64,000 nt of DNA from Camelus dromedarius (GCF_036321535.1 NC_087436.1:86926001-86990000); one strand, 5' to 3'. Positions 12,691 through 25,729 are shown, numbered from the stretch's first letter. Made by a program: numbers and translations. Notes: a model not told the origin generated them from the letters alone.

Positions 12691-13385
12691 CCCCGGATAT
12701 AACCACTTAGCAGGAGTGAGCCTAAGAATTCAGGTTAATAACATGACAGGTAAGAGTCTGGTTATTACCGTTTTCTCTACCAGCTCCCCGGTAACCATTT
12801 TGGCTTCCTCTGAATTTGCATGGACCATCATGTATTGCTATTTCTGGTGCTTCTAAACTAGTATTTCCTTTATACTTTCCATTTGCACTGAACTGGGATG
12901 AGGTTCAGTTCAGTGTCACGTCCAGTGTTTTATAAATATTCACATATCACTTATCCATAAATATTTTTTTTTAAATTAAGGAACAAAAACCTTCATTACA
13001 TTAACACCCACTAGGAGACATTTAATAAAGGAAATGGCTAATAATTATGTGTTTAATTGGCACAAAGTAGGAGGAATGTAGTGGTAACTTACTCTTTTCT
13101 ATTTCAACTCTCAGCTTTGTGAAATTTTGTGTTCCCATGTAGAAAAAAAAGAGATTTGCTAAAACAGTCCCATGAGTGACATTAGTGATTTGGAAAACTG
13201 GGGAAGGCTTGCAATTGTTTACTGTTTTTGTATTTCTAACATTAATGGTTGTGGTTGAAATGGTATAAGTAATATCCTGGCCCTCCTGCCAGCTACCCTT
13301 TTATCTTTCCTGGAGACAACTAAAATAAACACAACAGTTTCTTGGGTTTTCTTGCAGAGATAGTTCATATATACATAAATAATAC

Positions 13386-13387
<2 letters not shown>

Positions 13388-13447
<60 letters not shown>
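13388..13447. repeat. (TA)23(CA)7 microsatellite
   Basis: Direct reading; lies in a degenerate old L1-like segment (about 13270-13560). Confidence 0.95.
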
Positions 13448-14834
13448 AATCCATATATTTTTCTTTTCCATTCCCCTTTTTTATGCAGATGATAGCAATG
13501 GACTCTGCTTTGTTTTTTTCACTTAATCTATCAATATTAATTAATATTACATAGTGTATTAGTATGTCTTTTATCAGGCAAATTATAATGTAAATTCATC
13601 AAAGGCTGGGGAGTCCCATTCTACCTCTGTCTACATACTTATAACACAAAGCCTGGCATATTACACTTTGTAAATATTTGTTGAATGAAAAGAAGCACGG
13701 ATCTGGTCTGCCATCTACACCATACGTCATGTGACAATTTCTAATTTAGCTCTGATTCACTAGGATGATTTTGCATGTGTAACATTCTGTTGTAATTTTT
13801 ATTGTCTCCTTTTTTGCCACACTTAACCTAAAAATGTGCAGTGATTGTTGATTTTGACCCTGGAAGATTTGTTTTTCTTTAATTACTAAATTATTGCACC
13901 TTTTGAGAGTTTTGCTACCCCAGCAGAATATAAACTAAAAGAATTACTTTTAAGAGAAAAGCTATAAATTATTATAATTGGGGGAAAAAAGCATGACCTA
14001 CTGTGTCTTAATAGTGCAGATGTGGTATTGCTAAAATGGATTAAAAAGTCTGGTATAGCCATACACTTCAGAGTGTATCTTTTCTCCCCAGAATCCTCAG
14101 TCTGCCTGTGTTATGTCACAGGCCACCTAAGCAGTTTTTATGAAACTTGTAGCCATAGGACAGAGGAGGGACTTTGGGTGTTCTAAATTGGAACTGAAGG
14201 TTGAACTGAACTGACATTTTATGGAACAATAACCCGTAATTAACTTTTATATAGCAAACAGTTTTATGTAGGTATTCCTGGAGGATTATGTTAATATAAG
14301 GCATTTTCCAGAGTTGAATTACTGAAAGACCATCAGATATAATATAAACTCTAATGTTTTTTCAGTTTTTTTTTACATTCTCAATCTCCTGTTGATAATC
14401 ACTTTGGGATTTACACACCTCCCTAACACAGAGTTTGCTGAATTTCTTCTTTCACCTATTTTCTTCTTTTCCCTAGGTGCCAAGAGTCAATTATTTATTC
14501 CTTTATTTCCATCTTAGAAAAACTCATAGCGTTATTTCTTCTTATATAAACATCTCTCTTTTAACTTTGTGTTTCCTAACTCTCTCCTTTCAATGACCCC
14601 GGGACACAAAGTTTCCTTTTTGGAGTCTGTGGATTTAAACTTTACAAATCTTGAGGTTTTTCTCTCTTGTCTGCAAATGACTATACTAGTATAATGTAAG
14701 ACAAGATGTTATAGCACTCATTTGTATAATCACCATCCAAAATTAAACAACATGATGGCAGCTATTGCCATCATGGTCCTAGAGTCACATAATGCATCTC
14801 TGATGGAGTGTGCAGCCATGAAGATGAGAGTTTC

Positions 14835-15160
14835 AGTGGTTAGGCAGACCTGTGTCTGGGTCACTGGTTCCTGGACCTAGACAAATCCCTTGACCTAAAC
14901 TTCAGTTGTCTCATCTGTAAGATGAGAATAATAATAGCAGCTTATCCCAATCCCATAGGATTGGTGTGAAGATCAAAGGAGATATTACATATGAAGCTCT
15001 GAATACAATAGTTGGCACGGATCGATGCTCCATAAATATTAGCTTTTAGTTGTATGCTCCACGAGGGCAGGGATTTGGTTCACTATGTTTATAGTTGTAT
15101 CCCTAGTGCTAAGGCAGTACAGGAACTGGTAAGTTCTCCACAAATATTTGCTGAATAGGT
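14835..15160 (+). mobile_element. MIR followed by an L2 3' end
   Basis: cttcagttgtctcatctgtaagatgagaataataatagc...; ctccacgagggcagggatttgg...aaatatttgctgaat. Confidence 0.7.
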
Positions 15161-16365
15161 GAATGGCTGGTTATTAAAGACCTCACTGTAGAATACCACT
15201 TCCGCTGTCAGTGTGCCTTCCTCACTCCAAATCACAAACTGTCGGTGTTTTCATTCAAGTTCATTTCTTTCCTGTCCAGATCATACGATCCTTTCCTATA
15301 CCTTGTCCTAATGTATTTAGCCAGACCTGAGGTTCTGGGAGGACAGAGTGAAGAAGACTTGGTTTCTGCCCTCAAGGAGCTTCTGTCTTATGGAGAAACA
15401 TAACTAAACAGACAAGTTGCCTCCTGCAAAGGGGTCCCCCCACCCCCACCCCGGTTTCCCTTCTTGCTTCATTCTCTCTCGGCATTTTCAGTGAGTTTAG
15501 CTTGTACGTTTTCTAAAAATTGTTGCCATGTATGATTTGAATCCAACAGAAAATCTGTTTGTAGAGAGATGTTTGTTTTGGGTTTCTTGTTTTTTATGTT
15601 GTTGCCAAAATAGTTTTCACTTGTTATCCTCTTTTTGACTAGCTTCCAGTAGAATTGCAGATACAAAGCAACAGATGGCTGGAAAGAGGGTTTCACAACG
15701 TCCCTTGGGCCCAGTGAAATCCCACTTGCCACCCAGACATTGTCGTTTCTGACAAACCTTCAAGGCTTCTCCAGCTTGTTTTCCATTTGAAAACTATACA
15801 GTGCTTGGAAGTCACTGTAGCATATTTTATTATTACCAAAGCGAAGTTCTGGTTGTTATAGCTCTCGGTAGAAGAAGCTAATACACATATTGGCACAGAT
15901 GTCTTTTAAATTAATTTTCCTTTAATAGTTGAGCATGTTTTGAAATGTCACAGGGGAAATATGTTTGTGTAACTCCACATTTTCAGAAATGATGCCAAGC
16001 AAAGATGCTCTGTGAATTAATAATATTAGCATTTAGTCCAGATAGATTCCAAAATATTTTAAAATATGGAAATTCTATACTCAGATAGGCCATGTAGAGA
16101 TGCTCCTAACTTTTATGCATCGTCAAGAAGTTGCTTAGATTTATTCTGATGTCATGTCAAGCAATTTTGCCCTAACTTGTATAGAAAAACAATTCTTTTA
16201 TTATGAACGTCCCATGACAAAATTAATTTGGTGTCTTCTGACTATGCATTCTTTAATTTTTCTACTTCATAGATATTGTCTATCTTGTAACCATAGAATG
16301 AAAATAAAGAGAGAAATAATTTAAATCAGAAACCTGGTTGTTGACATATCTCCTAATTGCATAAA

Positions 16366-17376
16366 TTGGCATAATTGGGCATGATCAAAATTTAAAACTT
16401 GTTTGCTTCAAAGGATGCTATCAAGAAAGTGAAAAGACAATTCACAGAATTGGAGAAAAATTTTGCAGGTCTGTATTTGATAACAGTCTAGTATTCAGGA
16501 CTCTCACAGTTCAACAATTAAAAGACAAATAACCCAATTGAAAAATGGGCCAAGGATTTTAACAGACTAGTTTATGCAAACAAGATGACCAATAAACATA
16601 TGAAAAGATGCTCAGTTTCATTGGCCACTAGAGAAATGCAAATCAAAGCCACAATGAGACAACACTTCATACCCATGAGAATGGCTGTTATTTTTTAACA
16701 AGTATAATAATAAATGTTGGTGAGGATGTGGATTGCAATGTAAAATGGTGCAGCCACTTTGGAAAATGCTTAGCAGTTCCTCAGAAAGTTATTAAACATA
16801 AAAGTACCCTGTGACCCCAAAATTTCACTCCTATACCCAAGAGAATTGAAGATGAATGTTCACACAAAAACATGTAAGTGAATGTTCATAAGTAATATTG
16901 CTCATAAAAGCCTCAAAGTGGAAAAAAACCCAAATATTCATCAGCTGATAAATGGCTTAACAAAATGTGGTATATCTATACAATTGAGTATTATTCATAG
17001 AAACAGATGAAGTACTAATATGTGCTCCAAGCTGGATAAACCTTGAAAACATTATGCTAAATGAAAGAAGGTAGAAACAAAAGGCTCCATATTATAGGAT
17101 TCCATTTATGTGAAATATTTGGAATAGGCAAATCTGTAGAGACCAAAAGTAAATTAGTGGTTGCCAGGGGCTGGTGGGGTGGGGAAGAGGGAGGAGGAAA
17201 GAGGACAGATAATGACTGCTCATTAGTCCGGGCTTCCTTATGGGGTTATGAAAATGTTCTGGAATTCGACAGTGGCATTGATTACACAACCTTGTGAATA
17301 TACTTAAAATTCACTGAATTGCATGCTTTAAAATGGCGAATTTTATGGTTGTGAACTATGTCTTAACTTTTAAAAA
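16366..17376 (+). mobile_element. 5'-truncated L1 (L1MB-like), ORF2 3' region plus 3'UTR
   Basis: tcaagaaagtgaaaagacaa, gaaatgcaaatcaaagccacaatgaga, aacaaaatgtggtatat, ataggcaaatctgtagagac and the L1MB-type terminus gaaaatgttctggaatt...ttttatgg. 7-bp TSD aaatcag at 16323-16329 and 17374-17380. Confidence 0.9.
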
Positions 17377-17722
17377 TCAGCATAGAAAATCTGTTAAAAA
17401 ATCAACAAATAAAGAATCATCTTGATATAAAAATATAATAATCATCTGAAGTTGTGATTTTCTCCTTGAGGTCTTCATTAAAAACTTGTTTATGACAACA
17501 GATACCCCTTCCAGGATATAAAGGATAGATTATACAGAAATCACCTAGACTTTGTTAACCCGCACACTAAGATAATTGCCTGAAATTCTGCTTGAAGTGT
17601 GGTCGAGTATACATTTAACTGTGTGTTACATTTACAGGGCTTTAGGAGGTAGATTATAGTTTGCAGTTCTAATTGAAATAATGTAGTAGATAACCCTGGA
17701 AGCTGGAATTATCACATACTTA

Positions 17723-17823
17723 CTGTACTTCATCTACTCTGAGATGCACATTTTCCCCCCAAATTTTGACATCTTTGGGATATATCTTACAGTTGATGGT
17801 GTCCTGGATTTGATGAAATTTGG
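17723..17823. mobile_element. MER104-like TcMar-Tc2 MITE
   Basis: Preceded by TA; degenerate TIRs ctgtacttcatc / gatgaaatttgg; internal gagatgcacatttt...tcttacagttgatgg. Confidence 0.6.
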
Positions 17824-19399
17824 CAGTTTTATATATTGTAATGTTTGCTTTTAATGCTCTTCTAGGGTGGTTAGCCATACCAAATTAACTTTGCAGTCCC
17901 TAAAAGGCTATTTATATCAAAATATCATTCTGGTGCACACCGAATGGCGTGTTTATTTTGAAGCTTTGAAACCTGGTTGTTGACATATCTTCTAACTGCA
18001 TAAAAAATAGTTCTCAGAGGTTAAAGGAAGGCTTCCCACATTGCCCGGCCACTTCTTTATGGACTAAACTCAAGTTGTCCTACCTTCTTATTCTCTTCTG
18101 TCATGTTGGGCCATTAGAAGGACTAAGTGGAAACTTGGAATAATCAGGCATTAAAAAAATCCTGTCTCTGTTTGTGGTATTTTGATATGAAACTTTGAGA
18201 ATAAAATCTTAAAAGTTTCTATGATAGACTATAATTTAATAATTTTTTAATTGCTATAATATATTTTAATTATACCATAAAATCCTGTAATACAACAGAG
18301 TTAAAATTTTGCCCAAGTATCTTCTCTAAGGCCTTGGGAAGCAAAGGTTTTGGATTCCTGAGTGGAGATTGGGAGGATATTGTTAATCCATGGTTTACAA
18401 AATGTTTGTTTTACCCCTAAACAGAGAGAGAAACTGGTAATTACAATAGGCAAAACTTCTTAAAAATATAAACATAAAATGATAACTCGGAGCATACATA
18501 GGCTAAGAAGCAGTTGTCGAGGCAAGTGGAGAGGGAGGAAGTGTTCTCACTATTAGAACACTTGGTTCTGTGTGACAGTATCCTTTTACAAAAGGCAAAG
18601 CTTTGCTGGCATTGCCTTTAAACAAATACGTAACGCCAACCATCTGTCCATATGTGTTATACAACAGGAATACCTAACTATTCCCATAGCGAAGAAAGGA
18701 ATTTCTTCATTTATGTATGAAAATGTGTATTTATGCATATATAGCTTCTTATATGTGTTTTCTATATAGCACAGAAATGCATCTTTGAATGCTATATAGC
18801 CATGAAACTTTCCCTGAGGTCTTAGCTCAGTGGTGATTTGTAATAGAGAGAGTAACTTTCTCATGCTCTTGGTTTAAGATTTAAAATTGGATAGTAAATT
18901 CAGGTTACAAAGCACAATGTGGTGGGAGCGGAAGCATTTAGTAAGTGCCTAATAATTGCTGGGCCACGAAACCTATAATGGTAATTATTGGGTACTTCGA
19001 GTACTCTTTCCAGTTTGGATTCTTATTGTCATTAAAAAATACTTTTGGTGCTGGGATGAGCACAGGCACTGGACAATCTCTCCTCTCCCACTTCCTTTCT
19101 AGAACTGTTCAGACCCCTCCTGGTGAGAGCAGAGTAGCTGTTACTGGGCAGAAACAACCACAAGAAGTCAGTAAACTCTCAGTGCTTTATCTACCCAACT
19201 AGTCATTGTAGCCAGTGATCATACACATGGCCTAAATGCAGGATATCCCATGAAAAACTCTTTTCAAACCCAAGATAATACAGTGTGTTTTTACTTGACT
19301 TACACCTCAATCTCTGTTCCATCTTAACTCAGTGTGCATGGGTGAAAAAACTCATTATAACCATTTGACAGATTGATTGTTTTATTAAATTCGTCAATA

Positions 19400-19620
19400 C
19401 AGTATTGTGAATAAGACCATGGACTGTGGAATCAGATTACATGGGTTTATATTCTGATTCCACTGTTTCCTAGCTGTGTGACTTTGGGCAGCTCTCTGTA
19501 CCTTAGGATTCTTATCTGTAGTGTTGCGCTAGCAGTAGTATGTGCCATATAGCAGAACCATCATAATGAAGTGAAATTATATATGTGAACCTCTTAGAAC
19601 ATTACCAGCAGCCAGAGTAA
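19400..19620 (+). mobile_element. MIR SINE
   Basis: ggaatcagat...ctagctgtgtgactttgggca...cttatctgta. Confidence 0.7.
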
Positions 19621-19964
19621 TTGCCCTTGATGTTTCTTGATTTCCTATGGAAAGTGGGACTTCTAATTTAGACCCTATTGTTTAGAGAAGCACACAATGC
19701 ACAGAATGAAAATTGAAACCTTGAGAGCATTTTCTCACCCAAATTAAAAAAAAAAAAATTAAATAACTTTTAAGATCATGAACTGTCTTTTTATCAAACT
19801 GCCACCTTTAAAATCAGGCTTTGCCACAAATTAGTCACTAATTACTTAATTATAACTACTCCCTTTCCATTTCTAAAACTAAACTAGATTTCTGACCTAT
19901 GACTACTTTGGTAATTTGAATTATTTGCTATAAAAAAAAGGGTAATTGAGACTAAAGGCAATTT

Positions 19965-20150
19965 AGTTGGTTGGAAGAATATGAGCTTGGAGATATAATG
20001 ACCTGGTCATAAAATTCCATTCTGCCACTTACTGCTTTGTGATTCCAGGCAAGAACTTCTCTGAGCCTCAGTTCCTTGTTTGTAAAATGAAACTAATAAT
20101 GCATTCAGTCTATCCTAGTTCAAGGCAAATGATGGTGCTCAAAAAATGTT
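19965..20150 (+). mobile_element. MIR SINE
   Basis: tctgccacttact...ctctgagcctcagttccttgtttgtaaaatg. Confidence 0.7.
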
Positions 20151-20846
20151 CCTGTAATTTAACCAATAACCAGCTCCTATTAACCATGGAGAGGTTGAGA
20201 CAAATCAACAAAATCTTACATGGTGGTCCCAGTGGTGGCGTTCTTAATCTTAAGAGGCTCCTTAACACATCGGAGCCTAACGTGATCACAGCACAGCTGG
20301 CTGAATTTGACGTTTGCAAGTTCTCATGTAGAGTTTCGTCCTGAGAAGGGAGACTTAAAAGTATATCACAAAGGAAACTGGTATGTATTTTAGATGTAAA
20401 ATCCAGTGAACAAGTAATGACAGCTAATTATGTGATCTCATGCAAGTTAATTGTTCTATGGCTTGTTCTTGATACGGGATGATTGGACTAATAGACTTTT
20501 GAGAAATAAATGTTTATCAATTCAGGAAATACAGAATAAGCTTTTTAATACCATAGAGATGATCGAGCATTTGTCAAGTGAAGATATAAAGATTACTCAA
20601 TTTGGCCATGATTTGGTCAGAAAACTTCTGGATTTGAGAAAGAGAAGAGTGAAAATTAGATCTTAAAACTGAAATATAACCTGTTAATCAGTTAAGCTCT
20701 TAAAGAAATCATATTAATAAAGTTAGGAAAGCACTCATCTAATATTGAATTAAGTACATGTGAAGAACTTCTATTTTTATGTTGTTATTTTTACTGTCAT
20801 ACTGTAAGATCTTAAAGTTAAAAGTGATCACACTTAGGCTGCTTAC

Positions 20847-21111
20847 CTGCGTATGTATCCCCCACTGCTAGATTTTCTCAGAACAAAGGAAGGTTCTTCC
20901 TTATCAGAGGGAAATACAGCATAAGCTCCGTGATGATACCACTGGATGTTAGAACAATATACACCTGATAGCTGAATTGCATTCTTAAGACCTTTTCTTG
21001 GCAAAGTTTGAACAATATACGTAATCTCTTCCAGTCCACTTAAATTGGGGTAATTACCAAGCCTATTGTCTCTAGATTCTCCTCTGCTGAGGAATGAAGA
21101 AATAATTTGTC
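20847..21111 (-). other. Candidate internal exon (265 nt, one fully open frame), unassigned
   Basis: Acceptor cttcttttccttgtttcctttttttcctttttcag|GA and donor CAG|gtaagc. Frame GQIISSFLSRGESRDNRLGNY...SSSGGYIR is open up to the donor. No homology recognised. Confidence 0.3.
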
Positions 21112-22590
21112 CTGAAAAAGGAAAAAAAGGAAACAAGGAAAAGAAGCCTACTCTGGGCCAGCTGCTCAGGGGTCCCTGTTTGTCACTATTTGAAGGTTCA
21201 GACAATTTGATGGAGAATTAGATTTAAATGCTTCAAGTTGGCAGGTCCTTTTTTCCTCACAGCTTTTTCAGTTACTCATTTTGCCACTGATTGGTCCATC
21301 CACCTCATTTTCCTCTTAATATTTCACTAGCACCTCTGCTCCCGACAGTTAGGAGGACCTGACGCAGCCAGTTATCAGTGGGTTTGCTCAGCCCAGCAGC
21401 AGCGGAGGAAGGGGTCTGACCAGAGCAGGGAGCAGAGGCTCTTCATAAATAATGGTGTGTTCTTGTCAGTGGTTTTGGCCCTCGAAGGAGGGTAACATGT
21501 TTCCATAGCAGATGGGTCAGCTCTTGCCTGCCAGTCTGTCTTTTGAACTTCCTGTGCAAGAGTATGGTTTTCATCAACCTTGATGCTGTAGAGAACACCT
21601 ACTTTATGAGACTGGATTTTTTTTTTTAAGCCAAAAGAAAATAATTGAATGTTTTTGCGTGTAGAAAGTTTCTTTGGAAAAGATTAAAAGAGAGTAGAGT
21701 AGTTAGCCCAGATGTCCCAGTGAAAAATTGTTAACTGTGATAGAAACATTTTCTTGTAACACATGAAAATTAAGACTGAGGTGAAAAACCCTTTCTAGGA
21801 TCACATTTCATTAAATGCCATTAAGATATTATTCCTTTGGCTATAAAACTGCTTTCCCTTATTTTTTCTGTAAACAATCCCTGCACATATGTCATTTTGC
21901 CCTCTCAGGTCTACAGATCTTTTGGCAGGAAAAGTAATGTCTTCTACCTTCTCTTTTCGGCATCTTGATCTCATTTTCAGTGGGACAGTCCAAATGTAGC
22001 ATTCATGGGTGAGCAGGGCTTGGAATGCTTGGTATGCTGGCCTCATTCAGATGGTATTTACTGCTGGGGGCTACACATGGCTCAGGTAAATTATAGGGAC
22101 CCCATCAGCCCTATTGGACCCATAAAATTCGCTTTATCCAAGCAATAGAAAGCGAATAATTTTCAAAGCTTTGTACATTTCCAGAGGGAAAATAACACAT
22201 ATATTACTCTCATGTCTGCGTAGTGGAAACACAAGTGTGTCCTACTTGAAGGAACTCTAATGTGTAAAAATAGAAGCATTAAAAGCACATAAAGTAGGTG
22301 ATCAGATCCCCGCCTACATTTGCATTCAGATTGTGATTACTTGACAATGAGTCATAAACTGTTAAAGAGTCAGTAGAGATCATTCCGTTTACAAATGTTT
22401 AAGAAATGACTGCTCAATACAATAAGATTACATAACGCAACCAGAAAGAAATATCTGATGTTATTGTGGGTTTTGCCAGCAAAAGTCTCTGAGATTTTAA
22501 AACCAAATAAATACAAGGGAAAATATAACCCCATAATTAAAATTTTATTCATGTGTAATTTTTGAAGCAAAGACGTATTCTTTTCTACAG

Positions 22591-22697
22591 TGGTGCGCTG
22601 ATGGCCACCAGAAAATTCAGCCTAATCTGCTATGCCTGACTGATTTGACTGAAAGGGACCGCATGGTAGAGATCTGGCCGAGAAACCATTAAGGAAG
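22591..22697 (+). other. Candidate non-coding exon (107 nt)
   Basis: Acceptor ttcttttctacag| and donor AAG|gtgagg; stops in all three frames. Confidence 0.2.
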
Positions 22698-22864
22698 GTG
22701 AGGGTAATCACCTCAGGTGAATCTTGGTTGCTCTTTTTATCTGAATATTTAGCAGAAGGGATGAGAAGCTTAAGTCCTGAGTAGGCATTCATGAAGCATG
22801 TCCTATGCTGTGTCCTATACTGTACCAGATGTACTAGGGTACAGAACAGTGATAGAGAGTAGTT

Positions 22865-23320
22865 GTCATAGAATTACTACTAATAAGCAGAAAAGAATTG
22901 GTAGCAGGACGCAGAAGCCCATCCAAACTAGACCAAGTGAAAAGGGGATTGATTATAAAGAAAAATGGGAAGTGTTATGGGATCCAGTTGCAGGAAATAC
23001 AGCCAAGCTTAAGAGGAGCTAAAATATCTTTGAGTGTTCAGTCCCATTCAGACAGTCTTTCTCTCTAGACTGTTTCTCGTCTTGCTTCTCTGTGCATATC
23101 TGCCTGCCCTCTTCCTGGCAGACCAGCATCTTCTGTTCCTCCCTTGGTTTCTACGTCTCCATAAACTTAGTCAACAAAGAGCTTTGATGTGCCATGTAGA
23201 ACTCTCTGGCTATATCCTGTATCATCTTATACCTCACAGCTAACTCACTCAGTTTTTGCATACCAGTTTCAAATTCCCAAGAAAGATAACCTTACTTGAG
23301 CCAAGCCTATTGATTAGTTG
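22865..23320 (-). mobile_element. Old MaLR LTR relic (MLT1K/L-like)
   Basis: cagaagcccatccaaactag...aaaaggggatt; highly diverged. Confidence 0.4.
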
Positions 23321-23719
23321 TCCTTTGCTCCCTCTAATACAAAAAAAACCCCACTGTATACTAAGTGGTTTCTGTGTGCCAGGTCTTGGGTTAAAACTCA
23401 TCTTGGACTACTAGCTCAAGTAATTCTCAAGCATTCAATCTGCAACATCTCATTTAGTTCTTCAAAAATGTTATGTACTTCATGTGGTTCTTGAGGGGAT
23501 AAGATGAGATAATGTGTTGCCAAACAGTACATTTCACAGAATCTAGCCTTCATTAATAAGGGCTTCATTAACATTAACTCGTAATCGAAGTGATATAAAT
23601 GAATGAAGACTTGCTGGATAAAAGCTCTGAGGACCTGGATTCTTACTGTGGTTTTTTTGCTAGCAACGAGTCTTTAACTGTTGCTGGTTTCTACCTCATC
23701 GTTTTAAGAAATTACTTAT

Positions 23720-23990
23720 AATTTTTTAAGATATGATACTGTTATTATGGTTGTGTTTTTAAAAGTTCTTATCTTTTAAGGATACGTACTGAAATATTTG
23801 TGGATAAAATTATATGACATCTGAGATTGACTTCAAAGTAATTTGAGAAGGGAGTGGATGGAGATGAAAAGATTAACTATTAGTTATAATTGTTGAAGTC
23901 ATGTCAGGGATTTTATTGTAGTACTATTCTTTCTACTTTTGTATGGGTATTTTTTTTAAGTGAAATTTCCCATAATAAAAAAGTTAAAAG
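23720..23990 (+). mobile_element. Old L1 (L1MC/ME) 3' terminus
   Basis: tactgaaatatttgtggataaaat...tactattctttctacttttgtat...aaatttcccataataaaaaag. Confidence 0.75.
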
Positions 23991-24429
23991 AAAAATAGAT
24001 TGGAATAAGATCACAGAAGTCTTTCCAACTCTATTTTTTATTCTGCTATTTGGAACAATATAAGTCTCAGCCAGTTTTTACTCTGAATATTTAGCTTATA
24101 TAACTGCTCTTTGAGTTATATACAACTGGTATTTTTTTAATTACAAAAGTAATGTGTGATAATTAGAATGTTGACCTCCTCCATCCTCTTTATCAAATTC
24201 CCATTGCTCCTGCAATAATCAAGGTATCTTTCCACCCTTTTTTTCTGTGGCCATATGAACATTTATATATATACATATACAGGCTTTGGTGTTTTTTGTT
24301 TTATTTTCTTTACAAATTTTGGGCTACTTATTTTTCAGTTAATTACCTCATACTTCAAGGCCATCACCCAATAAATAGATATGGATGTAACTTATTCTTA
24401 AAAATAATGACAAAATATTCCATTATCTA

Positions 24430-24770
24430 TGTATTAATAGGGATATAGGTTTGAGTTCTCTAATAGTGGCTTAAACTATCATAGAAACTTCTCTTTCTTC
24501 AGTTTCAGCAAGAGTAGTCAGGGTTGGATGGCTGCTCCCATGTGTTAGGGACCCACCCTTCTTCTGAACCATTGCTCTGACATTCCTGCGGTGTTACTTT
24601 CACCCTCATGGTCCAGGATGGCTCACCATCACTGCACATTCTAGCCCATTAGAGGGGGCACAGGGGCAGGGGGAGGTATGACCCTTCCTTGAATGGCCAC
24701 AGCCAGAAATTCCAAACATTGCCTTTCTTCTCCCATGCCCCAGAATTTAGTCAGGTGGCTACAGCCTTCT
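24430..24770 (-). mobile_element. MLT1J-like LTR inside an old L1 fragment
   Basis: aatagtggcttaaac...agggaccca...ccctcatggtccaggatggct...ccagaatttagtca. Confidence 0.65.
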
Positions 24771-25184
24771 CTTTTGACAAATACTCAAGATATTTCCATT
24801 TTTTTTTTTGCATTACGAACAGTGCTGTATTAACATTCTTGTACAGAGATCCTATGTACTTTCACTGTTATTTCTATAGAATAGTTCCCCAAAAGTGGAA
24901 TTGCTGTAAATTTGTATTTTTATATATTATGAACTAAAACATTGAAAGAAAATTTTGTAGTTGGATTCACATTTTGATTGATAAAGATCTCTAAATCTTG
25001 ATGGCATTGTCTCATACTGAGTAACCCTGTTTTGACAATGTCACCATGTTTGATCAGCCATGTTCTGACACTTATTTGACTGTTTTATTGTATTTTTCTG
25101 CTGTTTATAAAAATTGATGAGCAATGGAAAAAATGGAAGTTTTGCTGTTGGTGATATTTCTACTAGAATTTAATAGCATATAAA

Positions 25185-25310
25185 ATCCTTGAGGACTAGG
25201 GGTTTGGTCTCTTTTCTTCCCTGCTTTATTCCTGGCACCTAAAAGAATATGACACATAATAAGCTCTCAATACATATTTGTTGAACAAATGCAAGAAATC
25301 AATGAATGAA
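25185..25310 (+). mobile_element. L2 3' end
   Basis: ccttgagg...gcacctaaaaga...ctcaatacatatttgttgaa...aatgaatgaa. Confidence 0.65.
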
Positions 25311-25729
25311 TTTTCACTGATGCAAATTAAAAATGATTAGGAGCATTAAAATTAATGAATATTTAGGCTCAGTTGGACACTCTCCTTAAGTTGATCACCT
25401 GAATGTTTACTTGTTAAAGAAAAGAAAAAAACTAAGATATACAAAATGCTAGGAAGATGATTTTGAAGACGCAGTGATACAGAGATTGAGAGGGTTCTAA
25501 AATTATGGATTGACAGTATCACTCTAGTGTTCAGTCATTAAAGAAGTTTACAGAATGTGGATAGGTATATGGCCCACTCTAGAATCCTTTGCTGAGAAAA
25601 GAAAGTAGTTAATACTTTTATGACAAATTCTTGAGGAGGTTAAGTTCATCAGAACTAGAACCCCCAAATTCCCATTAGTAAGTGCTGATTCTTAATATTA
25701 AAAATGTTCTTTTGTTAGTTACTTAGCTT

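Noticed and set aside
12886..12915. 10-bp hairpin cactgaactg/cagttcagtg
   Set aside because: Too short for a pre-miRNA; a few such stems are expected by chance in 64 kb.
14751..14775. 10-bp hairpin catgatggca/tgccatcatg
   Set aside because: Chance-level stem; bacterial-type terminators are irrelevant in mammalian DNA.
15643..15900. Plus-strand terminal coding exon
   Set aside because: The acceptor is plausible, but all frames stop early and no peptide is recognisable.
20039..20666. Protein-like plus-strand ORFs (MERLRQINKIL..., EIQNKLFNTIEM...)
   Set aside because: The first begins inside a MIR; acceptors are weak, no family is recognised, and the lengths are expected by chance.
21499..21512. 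RFX X-box-like GTTTCCATAGCAGA
   Set aside because: The 3' half lacks the AAC end; a single imperfect motif is insufficient.
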